A stretch of 64,000 nucleotides of DNA, from the NCBI GenBank assembly GCA_976226885.1, contig OZ320321.1:54374001-54438000 (forward strand), given 5' to 3'. Origin of the DNA: Iphione sp. A-MEVVRFRX5. Its lineage: Eukaryota. Below the pieces are notes generated by a model. The model had not been told where the DNA came from and ran no database searches. It saw nothing but the letters and a program-made list of their open reading frames with translations. This document shows positions 12,471 to 26,061 of the stretch, piece by piece (the first letter of the stretch is position 1; each line of letters opens with the position of its first letter). Position numbers and translations under genes: made by a program.

Positions 12471-14581
12471 GTACCCCCCCCCCCTCGAGATGAGAGCAAT
12501 CAAAGCAAACTTAATGCTCAGTATATACAAACGTGTTCTACCAGATGTACTGATATCAATAAATTTACGAGGTATCAAGCAAGGTGTACTTGTCCTAACC
12601 TCCTCTACATACTTGTCCCGTGTATCTAACAGCAACTAAACGATATGGTATTTGTTTTTAGCCTATAATTCTTTATGGTTGGGACCTTTTTATACACCTT
12701 TTAAGTGCAGGTAAAAACCACCATCGGAGAATGAATGATGACGCCTGGGCTTGGATTGGGAAAAGGTGACAGGTGCACCTGCTGTAGCGATGTCATCAGG
12801 CTCCCTGGTCTTTGTGAACTGGTGAGGATAAGGCGCACGTTACGCACACAATTGATACCTCCCTGGGGCCATGTATGGACAAGACCCATTGTATTCAGTA
12901 AGGTCGCCGCTACAAGAGCGCTCTATTGATGTTATCGTGTATCGGGCGGAAAACATCCCCTTAAATAAGCCATCTTTTATATGAGGTGATGAACTCAGTT
13001 GCTGATATCAACCTTGCTTCTAATTAATTTTGTGTGGTTATTTCACTATTGGGGAGGGAGAAAGGAGGAGGACAACTGACAGGTATTTTTAGGTACAGCT
13101 TAACAGTAGCTTTAGGACCTTTGCCCGTCAGGTGAGTTGCTAGGGAATATACGGTTCTTTAGAGCCAAGCTTTATTATTTAATTCAGTTCTAGAACGTAC
13201 CAACAATGCCCAGTTTTGTCTTTCGTCGCCATTTAAGCTCTGGGTTATTGTCGATATCAAAGAGAAGACAAAAGCTTTCCAACGCCAAAATCTCGTTTTG
13301 AAATGTTGGGTATTTTTTTTTAGCTAGTAAACAAGAAGGATTTGCGAAGACTTGGAAAGCCACTTGTTGGTGGTCGGAGTAGGCAATATCAAATTACTTC
13401 CAAGATGTATGAGCCCTTTGCTCCAGTCACTATTAACTAGAAGATGCATGTGTGTCATGGAGTGCAAAATATTGTGCAGCACCACTAAAACCGAGCTGGT
13501 ACCATATATCTGTCTGAATAATTAAGTAATGTAGGAAACTAAAACTATCGTAACGACAGCGTCTAACATTTTTTGGAGTATTTTTCTTCTTCAGTTGTTA
13601 TCTCTGTGACTTTTCTCCTTGAAATCAATCTTTTTATGTTGATGGTTTTCTTTAAAGAAGGCCACTTGGTCTGACAAAGACAAAGAGAAGGTAAGGTGGG
13701 TAGTAGGTGTTCGTAGACATTTTTGTTACTTTTTAAGAATTCAAACGCAGCACACAGGTTTTTCGTATTTGTTGTTGATAGAATTTCTAAAGAATTGGAA
13801 GAACAGGTTATTAGCAGGAATCACGACGAAACCTGAGGTAGGTTGAAGAAGGAATGAAACAAGTTCGCAGATTGATAGATGAAGCAGTAGACTGAGAACA
13901 GGAAAAAGCTCGGAAGACGAATATAATTAATGAGTTTACAGAAGAGTAGTTGGGTATTGCTTGACTGAATAACACAGAGGATATGGAGAGTGAGACATTT
14001 CAAGGTAACAGATTAAGGAAAAATATCATGAATGTTAGTGTATATTGAAATGCAGAGTATGCTTATGAGTAAGGAATAATTTTACAAACTATTTCCCGTG
14101 GATGTGAGGAGAGGTAGCTCGGATTGTGAAACTTAAGCATCGGTAGTCATATTTAGAGCGTGAATCATGGGTTGTCTCCATGTTGAAATGAAACTGTACT
14201 TGATATTTTTCCTTGCAAAGTTTTCTTCCGCTACGTGCGGAGTGTAAATTGAGAGAGGTCTTGCTTCTTCCACTGGCACAACTAGCCTGAATATGATGTC
14301 ATATTTGTAGTTCCATCTCGTGCTGTCTTGGCAACTGACGTCATATCGTTATGACGATGTCATTAGTTGATGTAATCAAGAAGATTTGTTGATATCTTTT
14401 GGTTCTGTGATTGCCTAACGGGTCGCATATGAACTGGAGCAAATGAAAAAAAACGAGCAGATATAAGATACAAGAACCCTTGGTGAATAGAGGTGATACT
14501 TGTCGCCTCCATTTTCGTTAGTTGCTTCTTGTGTATACGTTGGATTGTGGTATTAGTGGCATGTATGTATAGAAGTATGTG

Positions 14582-14588
<7 letters not shown>

Positions 14589-14614
<26 letters not shown>
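14589..14614. repeat. (AT)n microsatellite
   Basis: Direct reading. Confidence 0.95.
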
Positions 14615-14699
14615 CGATCAGTACGAAGCCAACACGTCTCTCATTCGTGATATGTATATATATACATATCAATTAGAGTATATTTCTCCAAAGCCCCGG

Positions 14700-15300
14700 C
14701 TTGTATGAAGTTCTTCTGGAAGGTCTACAGATGTGCTGATTACTGCTCCTGTTGCCGCACCAGTTATCCTCAGGTCATTAGTGGTGATTGATCGATATCC
14801 CGTTTCTGTGATTGAGCCCTTATATTGAGGGCACTGGGGTAGATATTTCAGGTATGTGACTGCTCCTGGGAGCAGTGGCAGACCTGTCTTGACAAATGGA
14901 TGTCTACCTCTCAGTCGCTGGTCCTCGTCACAAAGTCACAGCACAGGTCGTCAGGGTCCCCATGGTGTTAAATCATAGGCCGATCAGAGGCTGAATCAGT
15001 CAGGTAACACCAGAACCTTACCTGTCAACATCGATACCCCTGGATGTCATTTAAACACTGAGTCCACTCGCCCCTTGACAGTCGAGCATTTGTTCTTGGT
15101 GTTGGTCGAGATCATGGTGTGGATGAAGAAGTTTCGTGGTCGGATGGCATTGTAAATTGCTGATTTTCTGCAGACAGTGCCGTCTAGAGAACAGACAGTG
15201 GTGAACCTCACTAAAATTCTTCAAATATGTGCACTGGGGCTCGTGGAGAAGGGCAGTGTTTCCGTGGATGACTGCGTTAACCTCATCCTAGTTAAGTACA
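14700..15300 (-). mobile_element. Possible highly decayed CR1/L2 fragment (end of the endonuclease and linker)
   Basis: Minus-strand MPSDH (15136-15150) followed by DPDDLCCDF; many stops; weak. Confidence 0.28.
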
Positions 15301-17014
15301 CAGGATTGGCTGTGTATCGTCGCCGTGGTTGAGACCGCAGCGATGTTTACCATTCTTCTTTATCATTCAGCTTTAGGGTGAAATGCCGTCTGTTTTTTTT
15401 CCTTAAACACGTCTTAGATATGTCAAAATAATGCACTTAAAATAAAAGGAGGCAGCTTTACATTTGCCGAGTACACACAGGTGCACCACATTCACCTGGC
15501 ATCAAGCTATGGTTTCGAGATAAAGCAGTCTGTTCTCTACAGAATAATAAATACGATCGCAGAACGACCGGCTCCCAATGCTGTTGACCTCTCGTGACAG
15601 TTCTCGAAATAACTGCTTGTTCCCCGCGGGCATCCACTGGTCCAGATGACTTCACCCCAAACAAGAGCGTTACATAACGCTTTGTATCCAAATAACCGGT
15701 CACATTGACATATTTACGAGCGTGTTGATGTGTGGTTTGCTCATGGGTTTTCTTCACAGTGTGTTCGTGTCGTTTATGGGGCCATTGATTGAACAAAACA
15801 GGGCAAAAACTTGTTAGAACTTGCTTAAATGTACTCGACACTCTCAGATTTATCACCCGGTCCTTCATGGTTGAAACTCGTATCCATGATGCATGAGAGC
15901 TCTACCAGTGAAGATATTACGGGAACTGGTATTCATATTTTTGCCGATGTGTCCCCCTCAGTTACAAATTAGTCGTAAAGACCCTTATCCCTTTCGTAGC
16001 CAAACACCAGTTGACTTAAAGTGTCAAGATCAAGGTCAAGAAGTCGAGATCCAAATGACCCCTCATTCAAGTCATTGAAGTCGAGGTCTGTGTGAAAAGG
16101 AAGCGAATAGTGTGCAGTTAAAGGCCCCTGGAAGCCCAGGTATTGCTATCGTCGCCAAGGTTTAACCACCTGTGGTAACCCGGCTCCTTTTGAAGCGTCA
16201 GTCCACACTGTGTGACAATGGCTGCTGCTAAGATCAATTGCTGTGTGGGAAAGAATACCGTGTCCTAGCAAAATACAATAACCGTCACCTTGTAAGGCGT
16301 CTGCGAGCTTCACTACAGCAGGCTAAGTCGTGCAGGCTAATCTATCAATCATCGATACTAACAACTCTGTTTTTTAAATCTCTAAATGTGCCCAGTAGAG
16401 ATTTCTGTATTTGCCAGCGCTTAGGCACTCCCTCTGAACGTGTTAAAGCTGTCAGCGCTTGTGTGGTGTTAAACATGAAAGAGAAGGTGTACTCGGCAGT
16501 ACGTGAACCTGGAAGAGTCTTCGTCCTCTTGTTGACCACAACATTGAGACATGGTCCAGGCTTCGACATTTGTGTGATCTTGGTGAAGATCCTCTCCTCC
16601 CGGCAGCGTGAAATCCAAGGGTCGCACGCCGCTGCTCGGTCTTTAATCCGCACTGAGCCGTGCTCCGTCCTGCCTGCCAGCTGCTCCATGGAACGTGTTC
16701 GTAATTCTCATACAGGCGTTTGAGGTGGAGCAGAGCATTTCACGGTGAACTGGATCTGTTTACCTCCTCACCTTGCCAGTTCTGAGTGAGATGGCCTTTG
16801 ATGGATATCGTCCATCCTTGTGGTCAGTGGTTTTACTTATCAGGGGAACCACAAGGTTTCTCTCTGTTTATTTGATGGTGTGTTTCTTATCTGGCGGTTT
16901 TTTGACGAGTGGGATGTAGGACCGTTCAAATAAGGATAAAAGACTTTCACGAAGCAGGGCAACTTGTTAGTACGACTTGGTCATTCTAGCCGGAACTGAT
17001 GCATAACAGCGTTA

Positions 17015-17640
17015 GGCCCGGTTTCCTTACCTGCGGTGGTGTCCGTTGGTATGCGTGTGCGTTTCAGTGCGGGAAACGCATCAGCAGGTGTTTCCGCACT
17101 GAAACGCAGAGGGGTGCCCCCAACCGTGACGGTGCGTGCGTTTGAGTGCGTATATGCCTTGAAAATATGAAAAAAACGGCAAAAAACTGCCGAAAAACGG
17201 TAAATTCCATGCAAATTGTCCCGAAAAACGCATATTTCATGCAAATTCGGCCAAAAAACGGCAAATTTCATGCAAAATCGGCCGAAAAACGGCTTATTTC
17301 ATGCAAATTCGGCCGAAAAACGGCAAAAATGTGCGGAAAAACTCGGGAAAAAAACTACATTGTGCGGAAATGTGCGGAAATGTGCGGTATCATCAGTCAA
17401 AAGTCAGTCAAAGTCAGTCAAAATGATGGAAATACCAGTGCGGAGCCCTGCGGAGCCCTGCGGGTGCGGTAAATTTACGGGAAGGGTTCGAAAACGGGCA
17501 CCGCAGCTCTCCGCAGCTCTCCGCAGCCGCAGCTCTCCGCAGATAAGGAACACCCTTCATTAAAATCAACAGGACCATAAAATGGGTGCGTTTTCCGCAC
17601 TCCAACGCACGCATGGCTACGCACATAAGGAAACCGGGCC
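17015..17640. mobile_element. Non-autonomous DNA transposon (MITE), PIF/Harbinger-like, 626 bp
   Basis: TIR GGCCCGGTTTCCTTA (17015) and TAAGGAAACCGGGCC (17640); second inverted block TGCGTTTCAGTGCGGGAAACGCA / TGCGTTTTCCGCACTCCAACGCA; flanks TTA and TCA resemble a TNA target duplication with one mismatch. Confidence 0.75.
17192..17314. repeat. Four tandem copies of a 30-31-bp unit (GAAAAACGGC..ATTTCATGCAAATTCGGCC) inside the MITE
   Basis: Units start at 17192, 17223, 17253 and 17284. Confidence 0.85.
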
Positions 17641-19549
17641 TCAGACAGCATGACCCGAGGACCAGGGTTATGAACATAGCTGAGTAAATAGTTCCTGGAA
17701 ATAATGCACACCGGACAGGTACGTTCTCATTAATGCAGAATCCAGGCCAAGTCTGTATGGTGCGGTTAAAACGGCACAAAGATTTTATCAAATAGTTTTT
17801 TGAAAAAAAAATATAATTCTAGGTTTACGTGAAACTAGGTACATGCATACATAATATCGCATACATAATATTGCCCCGAAAAATGTTCTAATTGTCTTTG
17901 ATTTCTACGGTGAAAGTGGCACATCAATATGTTTCCACAGGATATTTCCAGAAGCATTTTTTTTTATGGATTTTGTTTTTTTGGTGGGGGGTGGCTGTTA
18001 CTGGTTCGACTGGATACTGACAAGGTAATAACATGAGATCACTTATAATCTCACGTTTACTCATGAAGACGGTGAAAAGACATGGTGCCATAAGAAAGAG
18101 CTGCACGTCTAATTTCATGCACGTCTAATTTCATGCTCGCTTTGTTTTGCTGTTGGCTGTTGGCCGATTCCCTGTTGCTCACCTTTCCTACAAGTCTAAA
18201 GTATGCCATTCATGGAGCTGTCGGTCGGACGTACATATTTATTTGGGTTTTGCAACATCTGTCACCAACATAGTTGGCATTTTCTGTGTGGGTGTGGGTT
18301 TTTTTTTGGGGGGGGGGGGCGGGGGAGTTTCGCTGGATTTCTCGTGTGCGTGAAATGACAGGCTTATAACTCCCATGAGAACGACTTTCTGGTGATTTTT
18401 GGTTCCAAATGATATCCGGTAAGTTTACCTGGGGGAGTTTACCTTCGCCACCAGCCTCTCTCCAGATTCGAGCAGACTTATCTGGCAACATCAACATTTC
18501 CGGCCAATATGAACTAACGCAAGCTCATTATTTGTCATTGTATACATGTGCGTCCGTTGATATAGTGGTCGAGGTCAGCTCAAGTGGTGTGCGTGTGTGT
18601 GTGTGTTTGTGTGTCCTCAGTCTGGTCCAGACTGTCGACTGATGGGGCACACATATAAATGTAAAGGCCTCGAACACAGACTTGGAGCGAAGGGAACCAA
18701 CTTTACCAACGGGAACTGAGTTGTTCATGCGAAAAAAGGTGCTTCTTTCCCACTCGGATACAAGCCCGATATAAAAAAAGGTTGGTTTGACACAGCCATA
18801 GACTTGTGCATGCCATTAACAGATCATGTACCTTTCTTTGCTCGATTATATCGGCCGTCGCGAGATCCACCGCGATGACACTTGGAGAAAAATCTTAACC
18901 TGGGCCATTAGTATCTGACATAACTTATCGCGTTTGGAGATCAGCTTGTCTGGAGGAAGACTATTCACAGCGTCATTATACAAAGGTGATTTGCGTGCAT
19001 GTTTAGTGGCTTTTTCCTCCACGGATTTTGTTTGTGTTTTTATTTTATTTATAATTTCAAGGAGGGGACAGCAATTCCCAATACCACATTTGCGGACATG
19101 ACAATATGTAGCCAACTACGAAGTGTTAGTTCGGTTTTGCTTATTGTTTAAGTTTTATTACAACACTTTTTAATATGGGACTATAGATCTACATATGTGG
19201 ATATTTTAACATAGTTTAGTGGTAACAGCATGGAAACACACGCACGCACACACACACACACAGAGGAACTATCAATGATTAACTTTAAGTCAGCTTAATT
19301 TAGCGGAAGGAAAACAAAACAATTCTTTAAAGCTAGATTTATACGATACATACAGTGTGTACATGTATGTTTTCTATTACATGTACATGCAGAATGCATG
19401 GCGAGGTAGATGACTCTTCAGAATCTTAGTCTGTTCCCCTTCTCTTCGTTGTACATCTAGTTTCCGTGTCTCGTCGTCACTGAAGATTTATTTCGGATAT
19501 AATTCCTGCTTTATACACCTTTAAAACATGGCTGGGTGAGCCCAACTGT

Positions 19550-19850
19550 GGGTCCTATCGGAACTATTGAACCAAATGCTTCTTTCTGCTTCTGTTCGCC
19601 AATCTTTCTTTCGTTCGCTCTTCATTCGGTCGTGTTGAAGGGCCATCTTAGCATGTCCTCCTCCCATTACGTGTCTGTAGTATGCCCGCGACGAGATACC
19701 GAGAGCCAGGCTACTCTAGACGCTCGCCTGACATCAGGTACATGGAGATGTTTTCTACTTGAGCGAAAGGCACAGCACGAGAAGGTTTCTTTGTCGAAAC
19801 ATCTCCGAACGCTATTCATGTTGACCACACCCTCTTGTTGACCAGACGTT
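19550..19850 (-). mobile_element. Degenerate RTE-clade LINE 3' fragment
   Basis: Broken minus-strand frames give AF-EMFRQRNLL, RAYYRHVMGG.HAKMAL and DWRTEAERSIW, echoing the RTE C-terminal AFEM..RR.L / YFGHIMR / WR..A.DR..W. Confidence 0.4.
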
Positions 19851-21580
19851 AGCGAGTAGCCATCGCGTGGGCTGCCCGCTACCAATTAAAAAAACGTTTT
19901 TGTATGGATCATGGCAATTGGCCAGGTTGGTCACCACCTTCAGAATAGCCTCAAAGTCAGGATCATATGTTCACACGTATTCAGCACGATTCTCTCCTAC
20001 TCTTTGACACTTGCAAAGTTCGTAGACAGCACGAGCGGCATGATTCTTGTATTCATTCATTTTTATTCTATTTGAGTTCACACGGCGCAGTTTCCATGAT
20101 AATCCTTGAATGTCAAGGGAAACTGGATGATCACGACAATTATATCAATTTTCTTTCGCCATACTTATCGTTGTTGTAGCTCGGATCGCCAGAATGTGTG
20201 GTGGTTAGAAGAAATGCAGGATATGCGTGAGAAGCCTACATAATTTCGGTTCTGTTTTCCTGCCAATACTTTTCCCCCTGAAATGGTCTCCATTTCGTCA
20301 AGGTTTTATTTTATTTTATGTATATTTTTGTGTAACTCTTTTCTTCCAACTACTGGTCGGCTATGTGGCGATACAGGTGGCTGCCCTTACACTATACAGC
20401 GCACCGGTCTACTCAGTAGGGGTCTGCTATGGTCATGGCTCTGAGGTATAGGTGTTGCTGCGATCTCTCTGGATCCTTCCCTGGCGCAGCAACCACATTG
20501 TCGACGCGGTCAGGAGACTCCCAAATACCAAACCCCTGGTGAGGGCCGCCGGGCATCGCCAGAAAGAACGACGCTGACGTTATGGGGTTTGCAGGTGACA
20601 TCTAAACCTGGGTGCATGGATAGGTGGTAGGTGTGGGCAGGAGGAGGAGGGGGGGGGGGGCAAGTCTTAAACGGACGGTAGCGTGCGGATAATATACCAG
20701 CATAGTGGAGTGGATCGCCTTCGATAATAAGGAGGACATTAAAAGAAACGCGCAGCAGTAGCGCTGGCCTGCCTGCCTGCGTGCTGCGTGTCTCTGGCGC
20801 TAGGGTTAAACTGGGGTGCATGCCAACATGCACCCCCATCGAGATTCTGAATTGGTGACGTACTGTGTCCTTATTTGTGTAGCGACTTCAACAGATTCAG
20901 TATTTACATATCTCAGGAATTAATGGACACATTGCTTCGTGGTGGCTGTGATTGACATCGACTTGATTCTTCATATGTTGATTTTTGAAGACTGTTCTCG
21001 CGCGTGAGGCGAGCTTCCTCCCACTACTCATTGACAACATGACGCTCTGTATGTAAATACATACTTCAACTGGTATTTCGTCTTACTCTTTCTCATAATG
21101 CTTCCTTGGCTTTCCCACGAGTAGGATTGTCCAAACCCTTTAATATTTTCCGCCCACGGTTTGGCACCGGAGGATACAGATTCACAGACATACATACTAG
21201 CAGGCAGGTATGTGGCCCACTCTGGCAGGCACACCTGTGGTTAATATTACCGAGGTGCCCCCCCTTCCCCACCCACCCCCACCCCCGCCTCCTACACCGG
21301 CCCAACAGCGCTGTGACGACACGTCGACCTTCCCCATAAACCGCCTCCCCTCCTCCTCCTCGTCGTCGTCCTCCTCCTCTTCGTCTCTCTTCCCTGTGCT
21401 GGGCCGACCTGCAGTAGCCCGAGACTGATCAGTGTCTACCACCGGTTTGTCCACGGTCCCCACACACATTCTGGTGGTAGGACGGGCGCCAACCGGATTT
21501 AACCCTGCCTCCCACAGTGGTAGTAGCAGGCAGTAGTAGTACCACCACCACCACCACGAAGACGAGCACGACAGCAAACC

Positions 21581-21625
21581 ATGGCGACCTGCAGGCTCAC
21601 AGTTTCACAGCGGATTTCGCAGACG
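21581..21625 (+). CDS. Candidate alternative first exon (MATCRLTVSQRISQT), phase 0
   Basis: Strong Kozak context AAACCATGG after a GC-rich simple-repeat leader (21250-21580); donor ACG|GTGAAT in phase with 26062. Confidence 0.5.
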
Positions 21626-24520
21626 GTGAATGACAAAAGGCCGTTAGTGTAAAGGCTCCTTCTTCTCCTCCCACTTGAGAGGGGCCATTAATACCTGGAC
21701 GATTTTTTCGTGACGAGAAGCGGTGAATAGCAACCAGCAGCAGGCGAGGAAGGAAATATAACGGAAGGGGGCCGTTTGACACTGCGTGTACCTCTGGATT
21801 TAAGCACCAGCGTTATATATGTATAAAACCGGATAAAAAGCACAGCGCCAGCGAACCAGTAATCCAGCTTTAATTGATTGACTGTGATCTGATACATACG
21901 GTGTGGAGCTCTCAATATTATATCAGTAGGACATAGGTGGCGGACAGGTTCTCCAGCTTGCACATTGTCGTCAGCAAGAAATCAGAGGCGGAGAGGTCAG
22001 TGTCAAATCGGGACCTTTTATAACACAGATGAACTGTTTCCGTCAAAGGGGACTCCTTTTAACATACCAGCAACAGTGAACATGAAATGACAACATCGAG
22101 AATAGCAGAGAGCCGGATGCTTTCGAAATCTCAGGTAGTTTAGTCACAAGTCGCCGGCGGCTCTCCACACTCGGTCGAGATTTTTCCTCTTAGGAGAGTG
22201 ACATCATGAAATGCATTATTCTCTTTAACCGTAGCTGACCTGAGTGATTAGCGTCAATCTCACACATACACGTAGTGCTCTCATCGCCCGGCAGGAGGCG
22301 TCTCGCAGGTGAGGCCATTCAGACGAATGTAATGTTAACTGTGAACTGTCTGCGGGAACTAACGGTTCAAGGCACGGTTTCTGCTTCTATGTTTATTTAT
22401 ATTCTTTTGTCGGTTAGATCGTAGTGGAACGGTATCGGTTCGACACTTGCTGCGATGATTCAAATGTTTGATTTGAGACTCCCGTCATCCAGATGACTCG
22501 TCCTTTACCTTCATGGTTTTTAATTAGATTGATGATTCAGGTGAATTTCTGCTCTACAGGTCAGTGCTGTCACATCCTTCACTTTAAGATAATCTCCACC
22601 AGTAGCTCAGTGTTTACCGGTGACACATATGTCCAGGTAGAGCTGTTTCGATGTTGCAAACAGTAGATATACTGCTACTCCGCAGCGAATGTTGTGGTGG
22701 CGACGGTGCGTGTCTGGTTCCATGGTTGACACCGATCCATTGAACGAAAGGGCTACCCGTGCTATTTGGCGGCGTAATTGCAGCCCACTACGAAAAGAAG
22801 CACATCGAGAACAGAGATGCCTTTAAGATACTTTTAAGGAATTCAGACTGTCGTACGTTTTTTACGTATTGTCTTTGTTGTCAAGGTCTGTTTATAGCCT
22901 ACAGGACACGTACGTTTCTCACTGTTTTGTTTGTTTGATAGAAATTCATCATATGTGCACTTGATCTTGGTACATTTATATGTACATGATCGTGGCTTCT
23001 GACATCCAATCCATTTAAAATTTTACCAGGTCCAATTTGTGCTTCCTATGTAACAATCATTTAGCCTTCACCCGATTAGACTCCATTTGGTCGTGTTATA
23101 AATACCTGTATCATCTATGATTCAAATATTCATTGTAAGAAGATTTCTAAAGAACACCTTCGATGCAGTCATCTCGTTTTTCTCCTTCCATTCTGAAACT
23201 CGAATGTCACCTCTTTCAGAAATCTTTCAGTGACCCTCTTTTGACAAGTTTATTGGGAGGATCTTCTCCTCTACTCACGTCTGGGCACGAATGTAGCCGT
23301 TCCCATCGTTCAGTTATAGACCCTATCTTTGCAGCAACAGATCGTGAATAGGACCAGGGTTATTTCGGGTCTCTTGATATCATTCGTGGACCTTTAAAAG
23401 GGGACCTTTTGATCTTCTAGGATAATGAGATACTATCGTCTGTCGCGTCAGTAAATTCTTCCTCCGGTGTAAATACCTAAACGACAAGTCATAGCTATTG
23501 GCAGTTAGGAGCATCGCTGCCAGCTCCCGTTTGGTCTCTTTAAACAACAAGGGTCTCAGGTCGCCTCGAAATACATGTGCACCGTACTTCGATACAGTTG
23601 AGGTAGAACCAGGAATGTTCAGCTATGCGTTGCATGATATCTCTGAACAAAGTCTGTGGCATATATTATTTTATGCATAAAGAAAGTTTAGAACAAAAAT
23701 GATGAAGTATATGATTCATTCTGAACAGCCCACTCCCTCTCTTCCAATTTGACAAAGGCCTACATAGTTTCTGTGATTAGCAAAACAAAAATTGGTGGTC
23801 ACTTTTTACTCTCATGTACCTATTTTCTATCTTGATATCTGCGTCGAACCCGTAGAAAAATCATTAAGCAAAAAGATATCTTAGTAATTGAGTTGACGAC
23901 TGAAGACAATGTAGTCGAAATGTTTAAGTACCCTCTACTTTTTCGTTTTTAATTTGGTTTATCTATTTTTCTTTTGGAATTCAAGAAGGTCTCAGTGGCC
24001 ATACAGTAGACAGGGACATTAAAAAGTTTTTTTTCCCGTCGGCGGTCAACTTGTGAACAGCGGGCCTATTCGTAACAAGCATGCAGGGGAACATTCCCAA
24101 CATGTTTTTTTTTATAACTTCATTGTCTCACAGCTGCGGGTGTTCTCTCTGTTTCATTAAAGTACCGGAGAGAGAAATGGTTGGCCAAGCCACCTGTAAA
24201 TCGACATTAGTCTAGGTCAGTGGGTAACCTGAACAACTGAGGCATGGATGCGCATACACAAGCTGAATACGGGGGAAAAAAAGCTTCGGATCATACCTAT
24301 AGTCCATTTCTTGTTCGTGTCCAGCACCTCTCTGACTGTTTGAAAGACGTCTCATGAAAGCATTTTGAATGAAGTGGCGTTACGTCAGCTTTGGCTTAGT
24401 CACTGAACAAAAAGACTGGCTTACTTCACCATATAGCTGTACAGATGAATTTGAACCTGTCCAAATAAGAATACGTGTATCTAATGGAAAGATCATGACC
24501 TTTTAATTTATCTGTTGCTC

Positions 24521-24706
24521 NNNNNNNNNNNNNNNNNNNNNNNNNNNNNNNNNNNNNNNNNNNNNNNNNNNNNNNNNNNNNNNNNNNNNNNNNNNNNNNN
24601 NNNNNNNNNNNNNNNNNNNNNNNNNNNNNNNNNNNNNNNNNNNNNNNNNNNNNNNNNNNNNNNNNNNNNNNNNNNNNNNNNNNNNNNNNNNNNNNNNNNN
24701 NNNNNN
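24521..24706. other. Assembly gap (N run)
   Basis: Ns in the sequence. Confidence 0.99.
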
Positions 24707-26061
24707 ATGAGAACTCAGTAAATACGATATAACTCCTCTCCACCCAAATCCACCGAAAACTATTTTTAAAGGGTTATGTGGTTTATTGGAATTTAGATAG
24801 TACGTTTTGGTCTCGAGGCCTTGGAGTCGTGATAAAGATACCATTGACGAACAAGAAAAAATAGTTGAATGCTAAAATAACGAGCATTGTTTAATTAGAT
24901 ATTTTCATATGACTTTATGTATTCAGTTGAACACGTCTATTAATTACAGAAAGTGTAACCCTGCCACATATTTATAATATTTAGCAATTTTTACGTTCCG
25001 AATCCACTGTTTACATAATATCAATCCAAACATAGTGATCAACACTCTACAGAGTACCATAATACGATATTTTCCCAAATCATGTTGTATCTTTTTATTG
25101 CCACCACTGTTCCGATAGTTAACATTTGAAGACACAAGTGGTGACCACATTTTTTACAGCACCTGCGATGAGGTGGAATAATGTTTAAAAGCCACTGAGA
25201 TTCAACCAGTTTTTTTTTACCAAAGCACATATATCCTGTTGAAGATTTTTACCCACAGCCTGATGCCTTCGTAGTACGTATGTGTATATTTAACTAATTA
25301 TAGTTATCGAGCTAAATCCCGTGGGAAATGAATAGAACACTTTGTCTTTCATGTCACTAGCTTAAGATGTGTTGTATGGTTCATGCCTTGGATCTGTCGA
25401 GCTTCGTAGTGCCACCAATGGAAACTTGCATATCACTCATGCATCGCTCATCACCTGATCTTGTGTGTTGCACGGTGGCCTTCTACTAACCAATTCCCAT
25501 TGATATATTTGAGTATGGATATACCTCTGATGGTGCAATCTTGTGTCTCTGTACGGGCTGGCTTCTTCAAAACACAAACCGATGACTAATTTTTTTTAAA
25601 TTTTATGCTACGTTGGATTGTGATCCTGTGCAATGTTTCACCTGGCTCATTTTCCTGCTGGTAGTTCACTTTTTGCTTGTATGTACTGGGTTGAATAATA
25701 CATACGATCCTACGTGTTGTACTTTATCACCACTTGGATGTGATTATGTTGGTGAATTGCTTTTAATGTACATGTACTCGTTTTTTTTGCACGTGTCGTC
25801 TGTACTTTTTAAGAAACTGACGTGTAGGTTTTAGGCCTAATGTATAATTTGTTATGACACGATAGTCTAACCACGAGAATCGTCCTTGATGCATGATGTC
25901 TATCATTTTCCTTATTTTACATGTTCACATTGATATTGGTTGAAATATAATGTTTCCCAGTATGTATAGTATGGTGCTTGTCGTAGTAGCATTCTGTTTT
26001 TTTTTTTTAATGGTAAAAGTTTCCCTCCGCTTATCTGTGTGTGTTTTTTTATTTTTTCCAG

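Noticed and set aside
16238-16723. 161-aa plus and 114-aa minus ORFs
   Set aside because: Non-ATG start, no homology signal, no exon boundaries
17192-17314. 31-bp repeats as a possible CRISPR array
   Set aside because: Head-to-tail units with no spacers, in a eukaryotic intron, with no cas genes
16981-17791. ORFs of 66-125 aa with repeated peptides
   Set aside because: Translation of the MITE tandem repeats; no transposase motifs
24426-24844. ORFs containing long X runs (also 28294-28728 and 32054-32451)
   Set aside because: Artefacts of reading through N gaps
1-26061. Search for the N-terminal PH1 exons of MPRIP (CRKFQANIF, KWQRR.F, QG.I.M)
   Set aside because: Not found by eye; presumed upstream of the window, so not annotated
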